A stretch of DNA of 64,000 bases, from the NCBI GenBank assembly GCA_044440125.1, contig JBITAJ010000029.1, forward strand, positions 1 to 64,000, written 5' to 3'. Positions 48,820 to 59,285 of the stretch are shown here, one piece after another. The notes beneath the pieces were generated by a model. The model did not search any database. It was not told the origin of the DNA and saw nothing but the letters and a program-made list of their open reading frames with translations. The translations under genes were made by a program, and so were the position numbers. The number at the start of each line of letters is the position of its first letter. The first letter of the stretch is position 1. The stretch is from Sedimentisphaeraceae bacterium JB056 (lineage in GTDB: Bacteria; Planctomycetota; Phycisphaerae; Sedimentisphaerales; Sedimentisphaeraceae).

Positions 48820-49968
48820 TCAGGTTTTCATTGCGTCTATTTCAAGTATTGCTATCGGCAGGAATATTATTACCGGCAGAAATACCCATATGTCAGGGCG
48901 TATATAGCCGAATATCTGTTCTGTGGCAAACATCTTGCATACAAATGTTGCGATGAAACAACCGCCTGTCGTCAGAAAACTCGCCATTATTGCCGGCTTC
49001 ATTGCCTTGTTGTCTCTGCATACAAGTATAGGCAGGGCTACCATGAGCATTATGAAGTTTATCAGCGGGTCGGTGAATCTTGAATGCTTCTGCATATAGA
49101 GTTTGGCGCGGTCTTGTACATATCCGCCTTTTGCCAATTCGGCAAGCTGCTTTGAGCTCAGCAGCGATGTGAAACGTTCCTGTCGCCTTATTGGTATAAG
49201 CTGCGGGGTCAGACTGCTTTTATAGGAGATTGCGGTTTTCTTCTTTGTCAGCAGGGAGGAGTCTTTCTCACGGGTAAACTGCTGGATTGCTCCGCCTGTC
49301 GTTTCTGTTTGCCCTTCGGCGTTCTGTGTTTCTGAGAAGAATTGCCATGTCTGTTTCGTGTCATTGTAAACAGCCTTGTCAGCACGTATCCAGCCGATAG
49401 TTTTCCAGATTCCGCTTTCAACCGGCTCACGTAGTATTATCGCCGGGTTGGTCATCGTCTTGGTTGCTTCATCATAGCTGTTGGCATATATTACAGAACC
49501 TTTGTCGTCGGTAAGACATTCTATCGGATAGCTTTTGCTCTGCTGCACTTCGTCCTGGTCGCGAACGATCAGTGATGCCAGACGAGGTATGAGGATTTCC
49601 TGATCAATCACAAGCAGTCCGCTGAGCAGCAATGCCATCACGATAATCGGCATTATTACCCGTTTAAGGCTTACTCCAGAGGCCATTACTGCGGTAAGCT
49701 CGTTGAATCTTGTCATCTTGCTGAGCGAGAACACTGCGGCTACTACCGTTATGATGCCGGCGAAATCACGGAAATAGATCGTGCTTTGTACGCCGTAAAA
49801 CAAGGCTATATTGCGGAGAATGTCGAATATTGAGGCATCGGGAGCCTCGGTGAATTCGTCAATATTCACGAAAAGATCGATCATTATCCGCAGGCCGATC
49901 AAGACTGCGAATGAAATCAGATAACCGATCAGAAAGTTCTTTGCTATATATCTATCAAGTATTTTCAC
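48820..49968 (-). CDS. LptF/LptG family permease
   Basis: MKILDRYI, NELTAVMASGVS, 3+3 TM layout. Confidence 0.9.
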   Translation of the reverse strand: MKILDRYIAKNFLIGYLISFAVLIGLRIMIDLFVNIDEFTEAPDASIFDILRNIALFYGVQSTIYFRDFAGIITVVAAVFSLSKMTRFNELTAVMASGVSLKRVIMPIIVMALLLSGLLVIDQEILIPRLASLIVRDQDEVQQSKSYPIECLTDDKGSVIYANSYDEATKTMTNPAIILREPVESGIWKTIGWIRADKAVYNDTKQTWQFFSETQNAEGQTETTGGAIQQFTREKDSSLLTKKKTAISYKSSLTPQLIPIRRQERFTSLLSSKQLAELAKGGYVQDRAKLYMQKHSRFTDPLINFIMLMVALPILVCRDNKAMKPAIMASFLTTGGCFIATFVCKMFATEQIFGYIRPDIWVFLPVIIFLPIAILEIDAMKT

Positions 49969-50347
49969 TTATCAATACCTATAATCAATTAAAATCAGGA
50001 AGCTGTTTTATGCATTATAAGTAAAGCCGGGTTTAGGTAAAGAATATTTTATGTGTGTGTATTTCTTAAGAGATTTTTCCTGCTTGACAATTAATTTCTG
50101 CTATATATGATTGGTTTTAGTGATTATGCGATTGTGATATTTTGTAAATATGGACTGCAAATATGGGAAAGTTAGTAGTTAATTTGTTTAATGCCAAATC
50201 TCGTATCTATTGTTATTCCTGTTATTAAATATTAATCCACAGAACTCAAGAACTCGTGATGGATGTATAGACAATATTGTTGCTTATTTAGCATTAGAAA
50301 TGGATTTTAAGGGCATATTTGGTGATTTATAGTCGAGGAATAGTTCA

Positions 50348-50779
50348 GTGATTTTTAAAAGTTATAAATTAAATATTGCGATTTTTTTGGTTTTCTCGAT
50401 TCTGTCTTCAGTGTTGTATATGAATCTACTAAGGGAGAAAGAAAATGTAAGGTCTACTAAATCAAGTGCTTTGGTTATTGCGGATAAAGCAGGTGTGGTC
50501 TTAGCAAACCTGAATTTTGAGAAAAAACAGTACATTTACTATATTACTGATATTGAGATATCTGATAAACAGAAAAATACACGGTCATTTGTATTGGCAA
50601 AGAAATTAGGTTTCAAAATAGAAAAATTAAAATTTGGCTCAGATACTTTTCCAATTTGTAGAAGTACTGATAGTTATGATTTCTATCAAACTTTGGAAGA
50701 CTTTACGGTACGAGTTCATAATGCAACATTGATTAGATTGGTTGAAAACTCAAATACGAAATTAGCAGAGGATAATTAA
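50348..50779 (+). CDS. AT-rich hypothetical protein with N-terminal TM segment
   Basis: 143-aa ORF, GAGG RBS before GTG. Confidence 0.55.
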   Translation: MIFKSYKLNIAIFLVFSILSSVLYMNLLREKENVRSTKSSALVIADKAGVVLANLNFEKKQYIYYITDIEISDKQKNTRSFVLAKKLGFKIEKLKFGSDTFPICRSTDSYDFYQTLEDFTVRVHNATLIRLVENSNTKLAEDN

Positions 50780-50851
50780 GGAATATCATTAGCTGCCCCC
50801 TGTATTTGTCAAATTTTGTTTTCATCTGTAGTGTTTTAGGAGTTAATTCTA

Positions 50852-51298
50852 ATGAGTAAGAGTGCTAAAAATACAATTTTGTATCTCTTTATTGCTTTGA
50901 ACATATTATCAGTGTTAGTAATGTTTTTTTTTATAGGCACGTATAAAACGAACATCCAAAACAGAAGCCTGGTTAAGCAACGATATTTTTATGAAAAATA
51001 TAATGAGTTAGAAGAGCATGAAATGCTTTCTTCTGGAAAAGGGCTGCCGTTTAAAGTTATTGAAGGTGCATTTGAAGGTGGGAATAAAATTTTCTTAATT
51101 GAAAAATCCTTAGGCAGTTATGTTTTGACTTTTGGAAATGGAGAACAGCTTATATGCTCCTATTTTCCAGAAAAGAGATTAGCTCAATATCATTTTAAGA
51201 CAAAATTCGTTGACAGACTTACTGTGTTTTGTGGATTGCTTAATTTTTTTATACCAGTTATAATATTTTTTCTTGTAAGAAAAACTCTTAAAGATTAA
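50852..51298 (+). CDS. AT-rich hypothetical membrane protein (2 TM)
   Basis: RBS AGGAG, hydrophobic termini. Confidence 0.7.
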   Translation: MSKSAKNTILYLFIALNILSVLVMFFFIGTYKTNIQNRSLVKQRYFYEKYNELEEHEMLSSGKGLPFKVIEGAFEGGNKIFLIEKSLGSYVLTFGNGEQLICSYFPEKRLAQYHFKTKFVDRLTVFCGLLNFFIPVIIFFLVRKTLKD

Positions 51299-51583
51299 TA
51301 GGGAACGGGGTTGAGTATCTTTTATATCTTTTAATAACAGGTTTTTATGTTTGTGGGAACAGGTGATTACGCCCTGTTTCTCAATTGTAGACCAATGGTG
51401 TTGCCCTTGTCTATACTATAATGCCTTTTCAGAGTGAAATAATGTAAGAATAACTATAATCAGATGCGTTTGCCTCTATTTCTTAAGAGGTTTTTCCTGC
51501 TTGACAATTAATTTTTGCTATATATGATTGGTTTTAGTGGTTCTTTGTGGTTATACAATTTTGATATTTTGAGAGGTTTTATC

Positions 51584-53053
51584 ATGGGCAGTAGTTTTTT
51601 GCCGAATCGAAGAGATTTTTTGAGGTTTTCAGGTGCGGCAGTCGCAGGTTTTTATCTTGGCGGATGCGGCAGTGATCGGATTAATGCCGCTTCATCAACC
51701 AAGAGGCCCAATGTTGTACTAATAACGGGCGATGATCTTGGCATACAGGTTGGTTGTTACGGCGATAAGACCGTCAAGACCCCCAATATCGACAAGCTTG
51801 CCGCAAGTGGAGTGATGTTCAAGACCGCCTGGGTATCTCAGGCAAGCTGCAGTCCTTCAAGAAGCAGTATATATACGGGGCTTTATCCTCATCAAAACGG
51901 CCAGATCGGACTGTGTCACAGAGGCTATTCTATGAACAGAACTTATCCGACAATAACTTCGATACTCAAAGATGCCGGCTACAGAACCGCGGTGATAGGC
52001 AAATATCATATCGAGCCTAAAAAAGCGTGTCCATGGGATGAGCAGTATTCCGATTTTACAACCTATTTTGAGCAGCGGGATGTCAAGACTGCCGCGGATG
52101 TAGGCGAAGATTTTATGAATCGAAGCGGGGATGAGCCGTTTTTCCTTATGCTGAACTACATCGACCCGCATACTCCGCTTTACGACCAAAGGAAAGGGCT
52201 TCCGGCCGAGCCGTACACCGCCGATAATGTTGAATCGCTGGAGCTTTTCGGCTTTGATACGCCGGAAATTCGTGAGCAGACCGCGGGCTATTACAACTGT
52301 GTGAATCGTCTTGATACCGGTTTGGGGATGCTGATGGACAAACTCAAGGCAACCGGCAATTATGAGAATACGCTTGTGATATTCGTTGGAGACCACGGCC
52401 CTCCATTCACCAGAAGCAAGACAACCTGTTATGATATAGGGTTGAGAATACCGTTTATCGTAAGCTGTCCCGGTGTGGTAAGCGAAGGTCTTGTAAGCGA
52501 CCAGATGGTTTCAACAACCGATATACTCCCTACAATTCTCGATATTACGGGAATCGATCTGCCCGAACCGGTGACAGGGCGTTCGCTGAAGGCAGAGGTT
52601 CAGGGTAAGGATGTTGAGCTGCGTCAATATATGTTTGGCGAGCACCATACCCATCAGCAGTTTTCATGGTTCCCTCGCCGCAGCGTGAGGGATCAGAGAT
52701 ACCAGCTTATAGTTAATCTGCTGGAGAACAGGGAAAATCCGATAAAAGGCGTGGATGGATGCGTTGCATGGAAGGCTTCACGCAAGGAAGGTGTGCCGCC
52801 GCAGGTAAAAGCTGCCTACGACAGGTATAATAAACCGCCGCATCTGGAGCTTTATGATCTGGAAAAAGATCCGTATTGCTTTGTCAATCTTGCGGATAGT
52901 CCTGAATATGAAGCGACGAAGGAAAGGCTGCTTGCCGCTCTGAACCAGTGGCGTGAAAAGACGGCCGACCCTTATCTTGATGCGGACTATCGCACGAAAA
53001 TGACCGAAAAACATGATCAAATGTACCGTGAATACATGAAGAGCAAGAAATAG
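51584..53053 (+). CDS. Tat-exported sulfatase (sulfamidase-like)
   Basis: NRRDFL Tat motif, RPNV..ITGDDLG, CSPSR formylglycine motif, GKYH, GDHG. Confidence 0.93.
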   Translation: MGSSFLPNRRDFLRFSGAAVAGFYLGGCGSDRINAASSTKRPNVVLITGDDLGIQVGCYGDKTVKTPNIDKLAASGVMFKTAWVSQASCSPSRSSIYTGLYPHQNGQIGLCHRGYSMNRTYPTITSILKDAGYRTAVIGKYHIEPKKACPWDEQYSDFTTYFEQRDVKTAADVGEDFMNRSGDEPFFLMLNYIDPHTPLYDQRKGLPAEPYTADNVESLELFGFDTPEIREQTAGYYNCVNRLDTGLGMLMDKLKATGNYENTLVIFVGDHGPPFTRSKTTCYDIGLRIPFIVSCPGVVSEGLVSDQMVSTTDILPTILDITGIDLPEPVTGRSLKAEVQGKDVELRQYMFGEHHTHQQFSWFPRRSVRDQRYQLIVNLLENRENPIKGVDGCVAWKASRKEGVPPQVKAAYDRYNKPPHLELYDLEKDPYCFVNLADSPEYEATKERLLAALNQWREKTADPYLDADYRTKMTEKHDQMYREYMKSKK

Positions 53054-53098
53054 TTCTTCCGTTGAAGTTTTTTAATATTCAATTTGAAGGAGAATTTT

Positions 53099-53254
53099 AT
53101 GTCAAAAGGAAGTGGTTCAAAAGGTGGCGGCGGCGGAGGTTCTAAAGGCGGCTCTAAAGGTGGTTCTGGTGGTAAAGGTCCCGGCGGGTACCCGAGTACT
53201 ACAGGTAATCCATCCGGCCCTGGAAGAACTAATAATCCGCCAAAGGGTAAATGA
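53099..53254 (+). CDS. 51-aa Gly/Ser/Lys-rich small protein
   Basis: RBS AAGGAG; MSKGSGSKGGGGGGSKGGSKGGSGGKGPGGYPSTTGNPSGPGRTNNPPKGK. Confidence 0.75.
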   Translation: MSKGSGSKGGGGGGSKGGSKGGSGGKGPGGYPSTTGNPSGPGRTNNPPKGK

Positions 53255-53288
53255 TTTTCCTGTTTTGATATTTTTGTGTATCGCTGTG

Positions 53289-53312
53289 AAGGGCACGGCA
53301 TGCCGTGCCCTT
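53289..53312. repeat. Perfect 24-bp REP-like palindrome
   Basis: AAGGGCACGGCATGCCGTGCCCTT. Confidence 0.7.
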
Positions 53313-53448
53313 ACGGTTGTCGTATGACGAATTTGATGATTTTTGTTTGAAGGTTATGGGCGGTTTTGCCGTTATATCGGAGATGTGGGGTAATTTTTAT
53401 CAAAAAGTGCTTGCAATCGGTTTATGTTCTTCGTAAAATGCGGGTTCT

Positions 53449-53538
53449 ATGGAGTATAAAACTGTAACAATTAACAGCATTTCTGTCTCACTGCTATCAA
53501 GCAGCCTACTCCTACTGCGCCCTGCGGCGCTTATTTAA
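53449..53538 (+). promoter_or_regulatory. Leu-rich leader peptide upstream of leuA
   Basis: MEYKTVTINSISVSLLSSSLLLLRPAALI with CTA CTC CTA CTG run; promoter TTGCAA-N17-TAAAAT at 53411-53439. Confidence 0.75.
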
Positions 53539-53695
53539 TTTATACACATATCACTTAATCCATGTTTTTTTCTAAAGGGTATTTTGCGCCTATTTTGCGT
53601 TAAATACTACGAGAAAATAGTAATTAGCGATTAGCAATCAGTGATTAGAGATTAGAAAATACGATACGAGAATGTAATAAGAAAGAGGAATTGTT

Positions 53696-55204
53696 ATGCA
53701 AGATAAAGTAATGATATTTGATACGACCCTGAGAGATGGCGAGCAGGCTCCGGGCGCTTCGATGAGCGTCAAGGAAAAGGTAGAGCTGGCTCATCAGCTT
53801 GAGGCAATGAATGTCGATATAATCGAGGCCGGATTCCCGGTTTCTTCACCTGCTCAGTTTGAGGCAACCAACTGTATTGCCCGTGAGCTTGATAATACAA
53901 TCATCGCGGGACTGGCCCGCGCCAATAATAAAGATATCGAATCGGCAGCACAGGCACTTGCACCTGCCAAGAAGAAGCGTATTCATACATTTATCGCTAC
54001 TTCGCCGATTCATATGGAACACAAGCTGCGCAAGAGCCCTGAGGAAGTACTCAAGATGGCTGTTGAGGCGGTAGAGTATTCAAAGGGGCTTGTTGATGAA
54101 GTTGAATTTTCTCCCGAAGATGCTTGCCGCAGCGAGATGTCGTTCTTGATAGAGATAACTCAGGCAGTTATAGAGGCCGGTGCTACGATTGTAAATATAC
54201 CTGACACAGTTGGTTATATCATGCCCGATGAATACGGCAAGATAATCGCAACGCTGATGGAAAAGGTGCCTAATATTGACAAGGCGATACTGAGTACTCA
54301 TTGTCATAACGACTTGGGAATGGCTGTCGCCAACTCACTGGCCGGTGTACTCAACGGTGCCCGTCAGGTTGAATGTACTATAAACGGTATCGGTGAACGA
54401 GCAGGTAACGCGGCGATGGAAGAGGTCGTAATGGCGATCAATACCCGTCCAGACCTCTATAAGGATATCCAATGCGAAATTAAAACCACCGAAATCGCAA
54501 GAGCAAGCAGGCTTGTCTCTCGTCTAAGCGGATTTGCTATCGCCCCCAACAAGGCGATTGTCGGCCGTAACGCCTTTGCTCATGAGAGTGGTATCCATGT
54601 GCACGGCGTACTGAAGCACAGAGAGACTTATGAAATTATGACTCCGGAAACCGTAGGCTTTGAAGGCTCAAGAATGGTTCTGGGGCGTCATAGCGGCCGG
54701 GCAGGCTTCGCAGATCGCTGCCAGAAGCTGGGCTATAAGCTGAGCGAGGAAGAATTGCAGACAGCATTTGAGAAGTTCCTTGCACTCGCCGATAAGAAAA
54801 AGGAAGTGTTCGACGACGATATTACGGCGATTATTGACGATGAAGTACGTCATACAGAACGCGTCTACACGCTTGAGCACTTGCTGGTTGCCTGCGGCAC
54901 GGGTACTCTGCCGACTGCGAGCATCAAGATCAAGACAGCCGATGATACCCTGATGGCGGCTGCCTGTGGTGATGGTCCGATCGATGCGGCGTATCAGGCG
55001 GTAAGAAACGCTACTGGAATCAGTCCTGAGCTGGAGTCATACTCGATATCAGCCGTTACCAGCGGTAAGGACGCGATGGGTGAGGTTACCGTTAAGGTTA
55101 AGGCCGATGACGGCGGAACCCACATAGGCCGCGGCGTCTCGACAGATATCATAGAGGCATCGGCGAAAGCCTATATTGATGCAATCAATAAGGTTGTAGC
55201 CTGA
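53696..55204 (+). CDS. leuA: 2-isopropylmalate synthase
   Basis: DTTLRDGEQ, HCHNDLG, GIGERAGN, AHESGIH, regulatory domain. Confidence 0.95.
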   Translation: MQDKVMIFDTTLRDGEQAPGASMSVKEKVELAHQLEAMNVDIIEAGFPVSSPAQFEATNCIARELDNTIIAGLARANNKDIESAAQALAPAKKKRIHTFIATSPIHMEHKLRKSPEEVLKMAVEAVEYSKGLVDEVEFSPEDACRSEMSFLIEITQAVIEAGATIVNIPDTVGYIMPDEYGKIIATLMEKVPNIDKAILSTHCHNDLGMAVANSLAGVLNGARQVECTINGIGERAGNAAMEEVVMAINTRPDLYKDIQCEIKTTEIARASRLVSRLSGFAIAPNKAIVGRNAFAHESGIHVHGVLKHRETYEIMTPETVGFEGSRMVLGRHSGRAGFADRCQKLGYKLSEEELQTAFEKFLALADKKKEVFDDDITAIIDDEVRHTERVYTLEHLLVACGTGTLPTASIKIKTADDTLMAAACGDGPIDAAYQAVRNATGISPELESYSISAVTSGKDAMGEVTVKVKADDGGTHIGRGVSTDIIEASAKAYIDAINKVVA

Positions 55205-55218
55205 TAAAAGCAAATAAT

Positions 55219-55257
55219 TACGGCAGTGTAGAAATGATTTACACTGCCGTATTTTTT
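55219..55257 (+). terminator. Rho-independent terminator
   Basis: TACGGCAGTGTA...TACACTGCCGTA followed by T6. Confidence 0.85.
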
Positions 55258-55458
55258 ATATTCCTGAGTGTTTCGCGTCCAGGGATGTAATATTTATGCT
55301 TTCATAATTTGATTTTTTTGTTATAATTGCCGCGTTTTATGCGTGGTTTGCGGCGGCAGTATGCGTGACTGTTCTGAAAAAAGGACAGAATCATGCGTTT
55401 TTGGGAAGACTATTTGCCGCCGATACTTAAGAGATGTATATAAATAAGGATTTTTAAT

Positions 55459-56724
55459 ATGCCAATGACAATAACTGAAAAAATATTCGCTAAGGCTTCC
55501 GGCAAGGAAAGTGTTTCTGCCGGTGATCTTGTAAATGCTAAACTGGACGTGATAATGTGTCATGATGTTACCACTCCTCCTGCGATTTCAATGCTTGAGG
55601 CCAAGGGTATAACAGGTGTTTTTGACAAGGATAAGATCGTTGTTACACCTGACCACTTCCAGCCTGCGAAGGATATTAAGAGTGCTCAGTTGCTTAAGAG
55701 GCTCGATTCATGGGCAAAACGCAATAATATTACCCACTATTACCCTGTAGGTAAGGCGGGTGTTTGTCATGCTATACTGCCGGAAAAGGGTCATATTCGT
55801 CCGGGTGAGGTTATTATCGGCGGCGATTCACATACATGTACTTACGGTGCGTTCGGTGCGTTCAGCTCAGGTGTGGGTTCAACAGACCTTGCAGCGGGTA
55901 TCGCAACAGGCGAGTTGTGGTTTAAGGTTCCTGAGAGCATCAAGTTTGTTCTCAACGGTTCTTTGCAGCATGGTGTTTACAGTAAGGATATTATCACCGC
56001 TGTTATCACACGTATCGGTACTGATGGTGCCAACTACAAGGCTATGGAGTTTGTAGGCGATACTCTCAAAGAGCTTACGATGGAAGCCCGTATGACTATT
56101 ACGAACATGGCTATCGAAGCCGGTGGAAAAAGCGGTATCATTGCTGTTGACGATATCACACGTGAGTATCTTAACGAACATCTTACAGAACGTAAAGACG
56201 ATTATGATGTATTTACATCTGATCCTGATGCGACTTATCTTGCTGTTGAGGAATTTGACTGCTCGAAGCTTGAGCCTATGGTCGCTCTGCCTCACCTGCC
56301 GAGTAACGGTGTTACAATCGGTGAATGTGAAGGTATGGAGATGGATCAGGCGTATATCGGAAGTTGCACTAACGGACGTATCGAAGATTTACGTATTGCG
56401 GCAGGTATCATCAAGGGCAAGAAGGTTGCTATCCGTACTATTGTGGTACCGGCGACACCTGCTATCTGGCGTCAGGCTAATGATGAAGGACTGCTCAATA
56501 TCTTCCAGGAAGCCGAATGTGTTGTAGCGGCTCCGACATGCGGCGCGTGTCTTGGCGGATTTATGGGTATTCTGGCTGATGAAGAGAAATGCGTAAGTAC
56601 CACAAACCGTAACTTCGTTGGACGTATGGGACACCCGACAAGCGGTGTTTATCTGGCAAGCCCGGCGACTGCGGCGGCAAGTGCGATTGAAGGGAAACTT
56701 ACCGACCCGAGAAATTATCTGTGA
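55459..56724 (+). CDS. leuC: 3-isopropylmalate dehydratase large subunit
   Basis: [27 protein letters not shown]. Confidence 0.92.
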   Translation: MPMTITEKIFAKASGKESVSAGDLVNAKLDVIMCHDVTTPPAISMLEAKGITGVFDKDKIVVTPDHFQPAKDIKSAQLLKRLDSWAKRNNITHYYPVGKAGVCHAILPEKGHIRPGEVIIGGDSHTCTYGAFGAFSSGVGSTDLAAGIATGELWFKVPESIKFVLNGSLQHGVYSKDIITAVITRIGTDGANYKAMEFVGDTLKELTMEARMTITNMAIEAGGKSGIIAVDDITREYLNEHLTERKDDYDVFTSDPDATYLAVEEFDCSKLEPMVALPHLPSNGVTIGECEGMEMDQAYIGSCTNGRIEDLRIAAGIIKGKKVAIRTIVVPATPAIWRQANDEGLLNIFQEAECVVAAPTCGACLGGFMGILADEEKCVSTTNRNFVGRMGHPTSGVYLASPATAAASAIEGKLTDPRNYL

Positions 56725-56814
56725 TAAAATAAGCTTTAAGCTTTTTAGGATATTCCAGTATAACACAAAGGGGCAAAGTCTCCTTTGTGTTATTTTATTT
56801 TGAATAGGGAAAAG

Positions 56815-58245
56815 ATGAAAACGAAATTAGCTGGTTTATGGAAATGTGAGGGCGGCATCAGGGAAGTGTTGGTTGTGGCGGTTCCGCTGATACTCAGTTG
56901 CGGTGCGCATACAGTACAGACATTCATCGATCGTCTTTTTCTTGCCAGGCTCGACAATGACGCGATGAGTGGGGCGATGCTTGCAGGTTTGTGCAACTTC
57001 TGTTTTGTGTCGTTTCTTATGGGACTTGTTGCTTATACCAGTACGTTTGTGGCTCAGTACGGAGGAGCCGGACGTCCGGAGCGAATAGGCCCATCAGTAT
57101 GGCAAGGCGGATATATTGCGATAATCAGCGGTTTATTGGGTATGCTTTTGCTTTTCGTAGCCGAGCCGTTATTTGGATTGATTGGCCACAGTGAAAGTGT
57201 TCAGGCATTTGAGATAACTTATTTCAAGGTAATGACATTTTGTGTTGTGCCGATACTGCTCTCGACTGCTTTTTCCTGTTTTTATTCGGGCAGGGGACGC
57301 ACGGATGTCGTGATGTGGATAAATATTTCGGTAAGCTTTATAAACATAGTTCTTGATTATCTGCTTATATTCGGCCATTTCGGTTTTCCGAAACTTGGGG
57401 TTATGGGAGCGGCACTGGCGACGGTTATTGCGATGTATTTTGCTGTGTTTACATACATAATCCTGTTTTTCCGTAAGAAGTATGATGTCATGTTCCATAC
57501 GAGGCGGGGCTGGCGGATAGATAAAGATCTTATGCGAAGGCTTCTACGGTATGGTTTGCCGAATGGATTTAATTTCATGCTTGATATGATCAATTTTACT
57601 GCCTTTCTCGCAATAATAGGACGATATAACGATCTTGTGCAGGCGGCGGTGTCTATGGTGTTCAGCGTCAATATGATAGCTTTTATGCCGGTTGTCGGGA
57701 TCGGCATGGCGGTGAGTATTGTTGTCGGCAAATATCTTGGAATGGACAGGCCTGAAAATGCCGTACGAAGTGCATGGATAGGGCTTACAATTGGCGTATC
57801 GTTCATGACGTTTATCAGTCTGGTGTATGTGTTTTTCGGGCATATTCTGCTACAGCCGTTTATTGAGTCGGCTTCGCCTGAGAATATTGAAACACTTCGT
57901 GATATTTCTATGAAGATGCTCTATTTCGTTGCCCTGTATTCGATTGCAGATGCGGTTGTTATCGTATTCTCAAGCGTGCTCAAGGGAGCCGGTGATACGA
58001 GATTTGTCATGAAAGTCTCGTTTATCTGCGGCATATGTTTGATGGTTCTGCCAACATGGATTTCTGTTAAGCTTCAATTGAGCTATTATGCTCCTTGGAT
58101 TGCGATTACTGTCTTTATATTTGTACTTACAATTTTCTTTGCCCTTCGCTTTAAAGGCGGCAAATGGAAAGATATGCGAGTAATCGAAAGGCACCAGCCG
58201 GAAATCGAAGAGCAAAACACAATAAAAGAGATAGCTCACGTATAG
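56815..58245 (+). CDS. MATE family efflux transporter
   Basis: About 12 TM; FG..GFPKLGV.GAALAT, LKGAGDT. Confidence 0.92.
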   Translation: MKTKLAGLWKCEGGIREVLVVAVPLILSCGAHTVQTFIDRLFLARLDNDAMSGAMLAGLCNFCFVSFLMGLVAYTSTFVAQYGGAGRPERIGPSVWQGGYIAIISGLLGMLLLFVAEPLFGLIGHSESVQAFEITYFKVMTFCVVPILLSTAFSCFYSGRGRTDVVMWINISVSFINIVLDYLLIFGHFGFPKLGVMGAALATVIAMYFAVFTYIILFFRKKYDVMFHTRRGWRIDKDLMRRLLRYGLPNGFNFMLDMINFTAFLAIIGRYNDLVQAAVSMVFSVNMIAFMPVVGIGMAVSIVVGKYLGMDRPENAVRSAWIGLTIGVSFMTFISLVYVFFGHILLQPFIESASPENIETLRDISMKMLYFVALYSIADAVVIVFSSVLKGAGDTRFVMKVSFICGICLMVLPTWISVKLQLSYYAPWIAITVFIFVLTIFFALRFKGGKWKDMRVIERHQPEIEEQNTIKEIAHV

Positions 58246-58349
58246 TTAAGCGGTGTCTTAATTATATAAACCGTGTTGACTTGACTATATGGTTGGGTAT
58301 AATCAGACCAAATGTTAGTACTGTTATGGCGCAGGTTTAGAGGATTTAT

Positions 58350-59285
58350 ATGTGTGATAAACAAAAACTGATGGTAGTTGTTCCTGCTTTTAATGAGGCT
58401 ATGACTATAGATAATACTATTAACAGTCTCAACAGCATAAAAGAAGAGCTTCTCCAAAGTAATTTAGAACTGAATATTATCATAATTGATGACGGCTCTA
58501 CCGATAATACAGCGGATATTGTAGCAAAATACCAGTCTGTACATCTGGTTTCTCATCAAACTAATTTAGGTTTGGGCGCAGCAGTACGAAGTGGATTGAT
58601 TGAAGCAAGACGACATAAGGCAGATATTGCAGTTAAATTTGATGCTGACTGCCAGCATAATCCCAGAGATATAAAGAATTTGGTTTTACCTATTATTGAA
58701 AATAAAGCCGATGTTGTCTACGGCAATCGTTTTGAGCGGATATCCTATAAGATGCCATTAGTACGCCGTGTTGGCAACCTTGTTTTTATCAGACTTATGA
58801 GATGGCTGACGCGTTGGGATATAAAAGATTCTCAACCTGGGATTTTTGCGGTTAATTCAAAATATTTAGAGGTGCTGTATTTGCCAGGCGATTATAATTA
58901 TACGCAGCAAGTACTCATAAACGCCTATAATACAGGCATGAGGTTTGAGCAGGTACCGGTAGATTTTAACGAAAGGACTACGGGGAAGTCTTTTGTTTCA
59001 TTCAAATATCCAATTAAGGTTTTACCTCAGATACTTCGAGTGCTTGTCGGTATTAAACCTCTTACTGTATTTGGGAATATAGGTATTTATTCAATTTTTT
59101 TCGCCTCAGCTGTTTTCGTCTATGGGTTATATTGCTATTTTCTTGGGTACTCTGAAAAACCGGTAGAGCATTCTAATTTGGTACTTGGTATGGGATTGTT
59201 TGGGATACAATCACTTTTTTTAGGGTTGATAGCAGATTTGATTATTCAGCAAAACAAACAATATGAACGTAACACAAAGAGATAA
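58350..59285 (+). CDS. GT2 polyprenyl-phosphate glycosyltransferase (GtrB/DPM1-like)
   Basis: VPAFNEA, DDGSTD, FDAD.QH, two C-terminal TM. Confidence 0.92.
   Translation: MCDKQKLMVVVPAFNEAMTIDNTINSLNSIKEELLQSNLELNIIIIDDGSTDNTADIVAKYQSVHLVSHQTNLGLGAAVRSGLIEARRHKADIAVKFDADCQHNPRDIKNLVLPIIENKADVVYGNRFERISYKMPLVRRVGNLVFIRLMRWLTRWDIKDSQPGIFAVNSKYLEVLYLPGDYNYTQQVLINAYNTGMRFEQVPVDFNERTTGKSFVSFKYPIKVLPQILRVLVGIKPLTVFGNIGIYSIFFASAVFVYGLYCYFLGYSEKPVEHSNLVLGMGLFGIQSLFLGLIADLIIQQNKQYERNTKR

Larger units (their letters stand above)
50060..51539. repeat. 63-bp direct repeat (50060-50122 and 51477-51539; 2 mismatches) containing a sigma70 promoter
   Basis: TATTTCTTAAGAGRTTTTTCCTGCTTGACAATTAATTTYTGCTATATATGATTGGTTTTAGTG. 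Confidence 0.9.

Noticed and set aside
53017..53327. Pro-rich minus-strand ORF and 71-aa plus-strand ORF
   Set aside because: Shadows of the Gly-rich microprotein frame, which has the RBS
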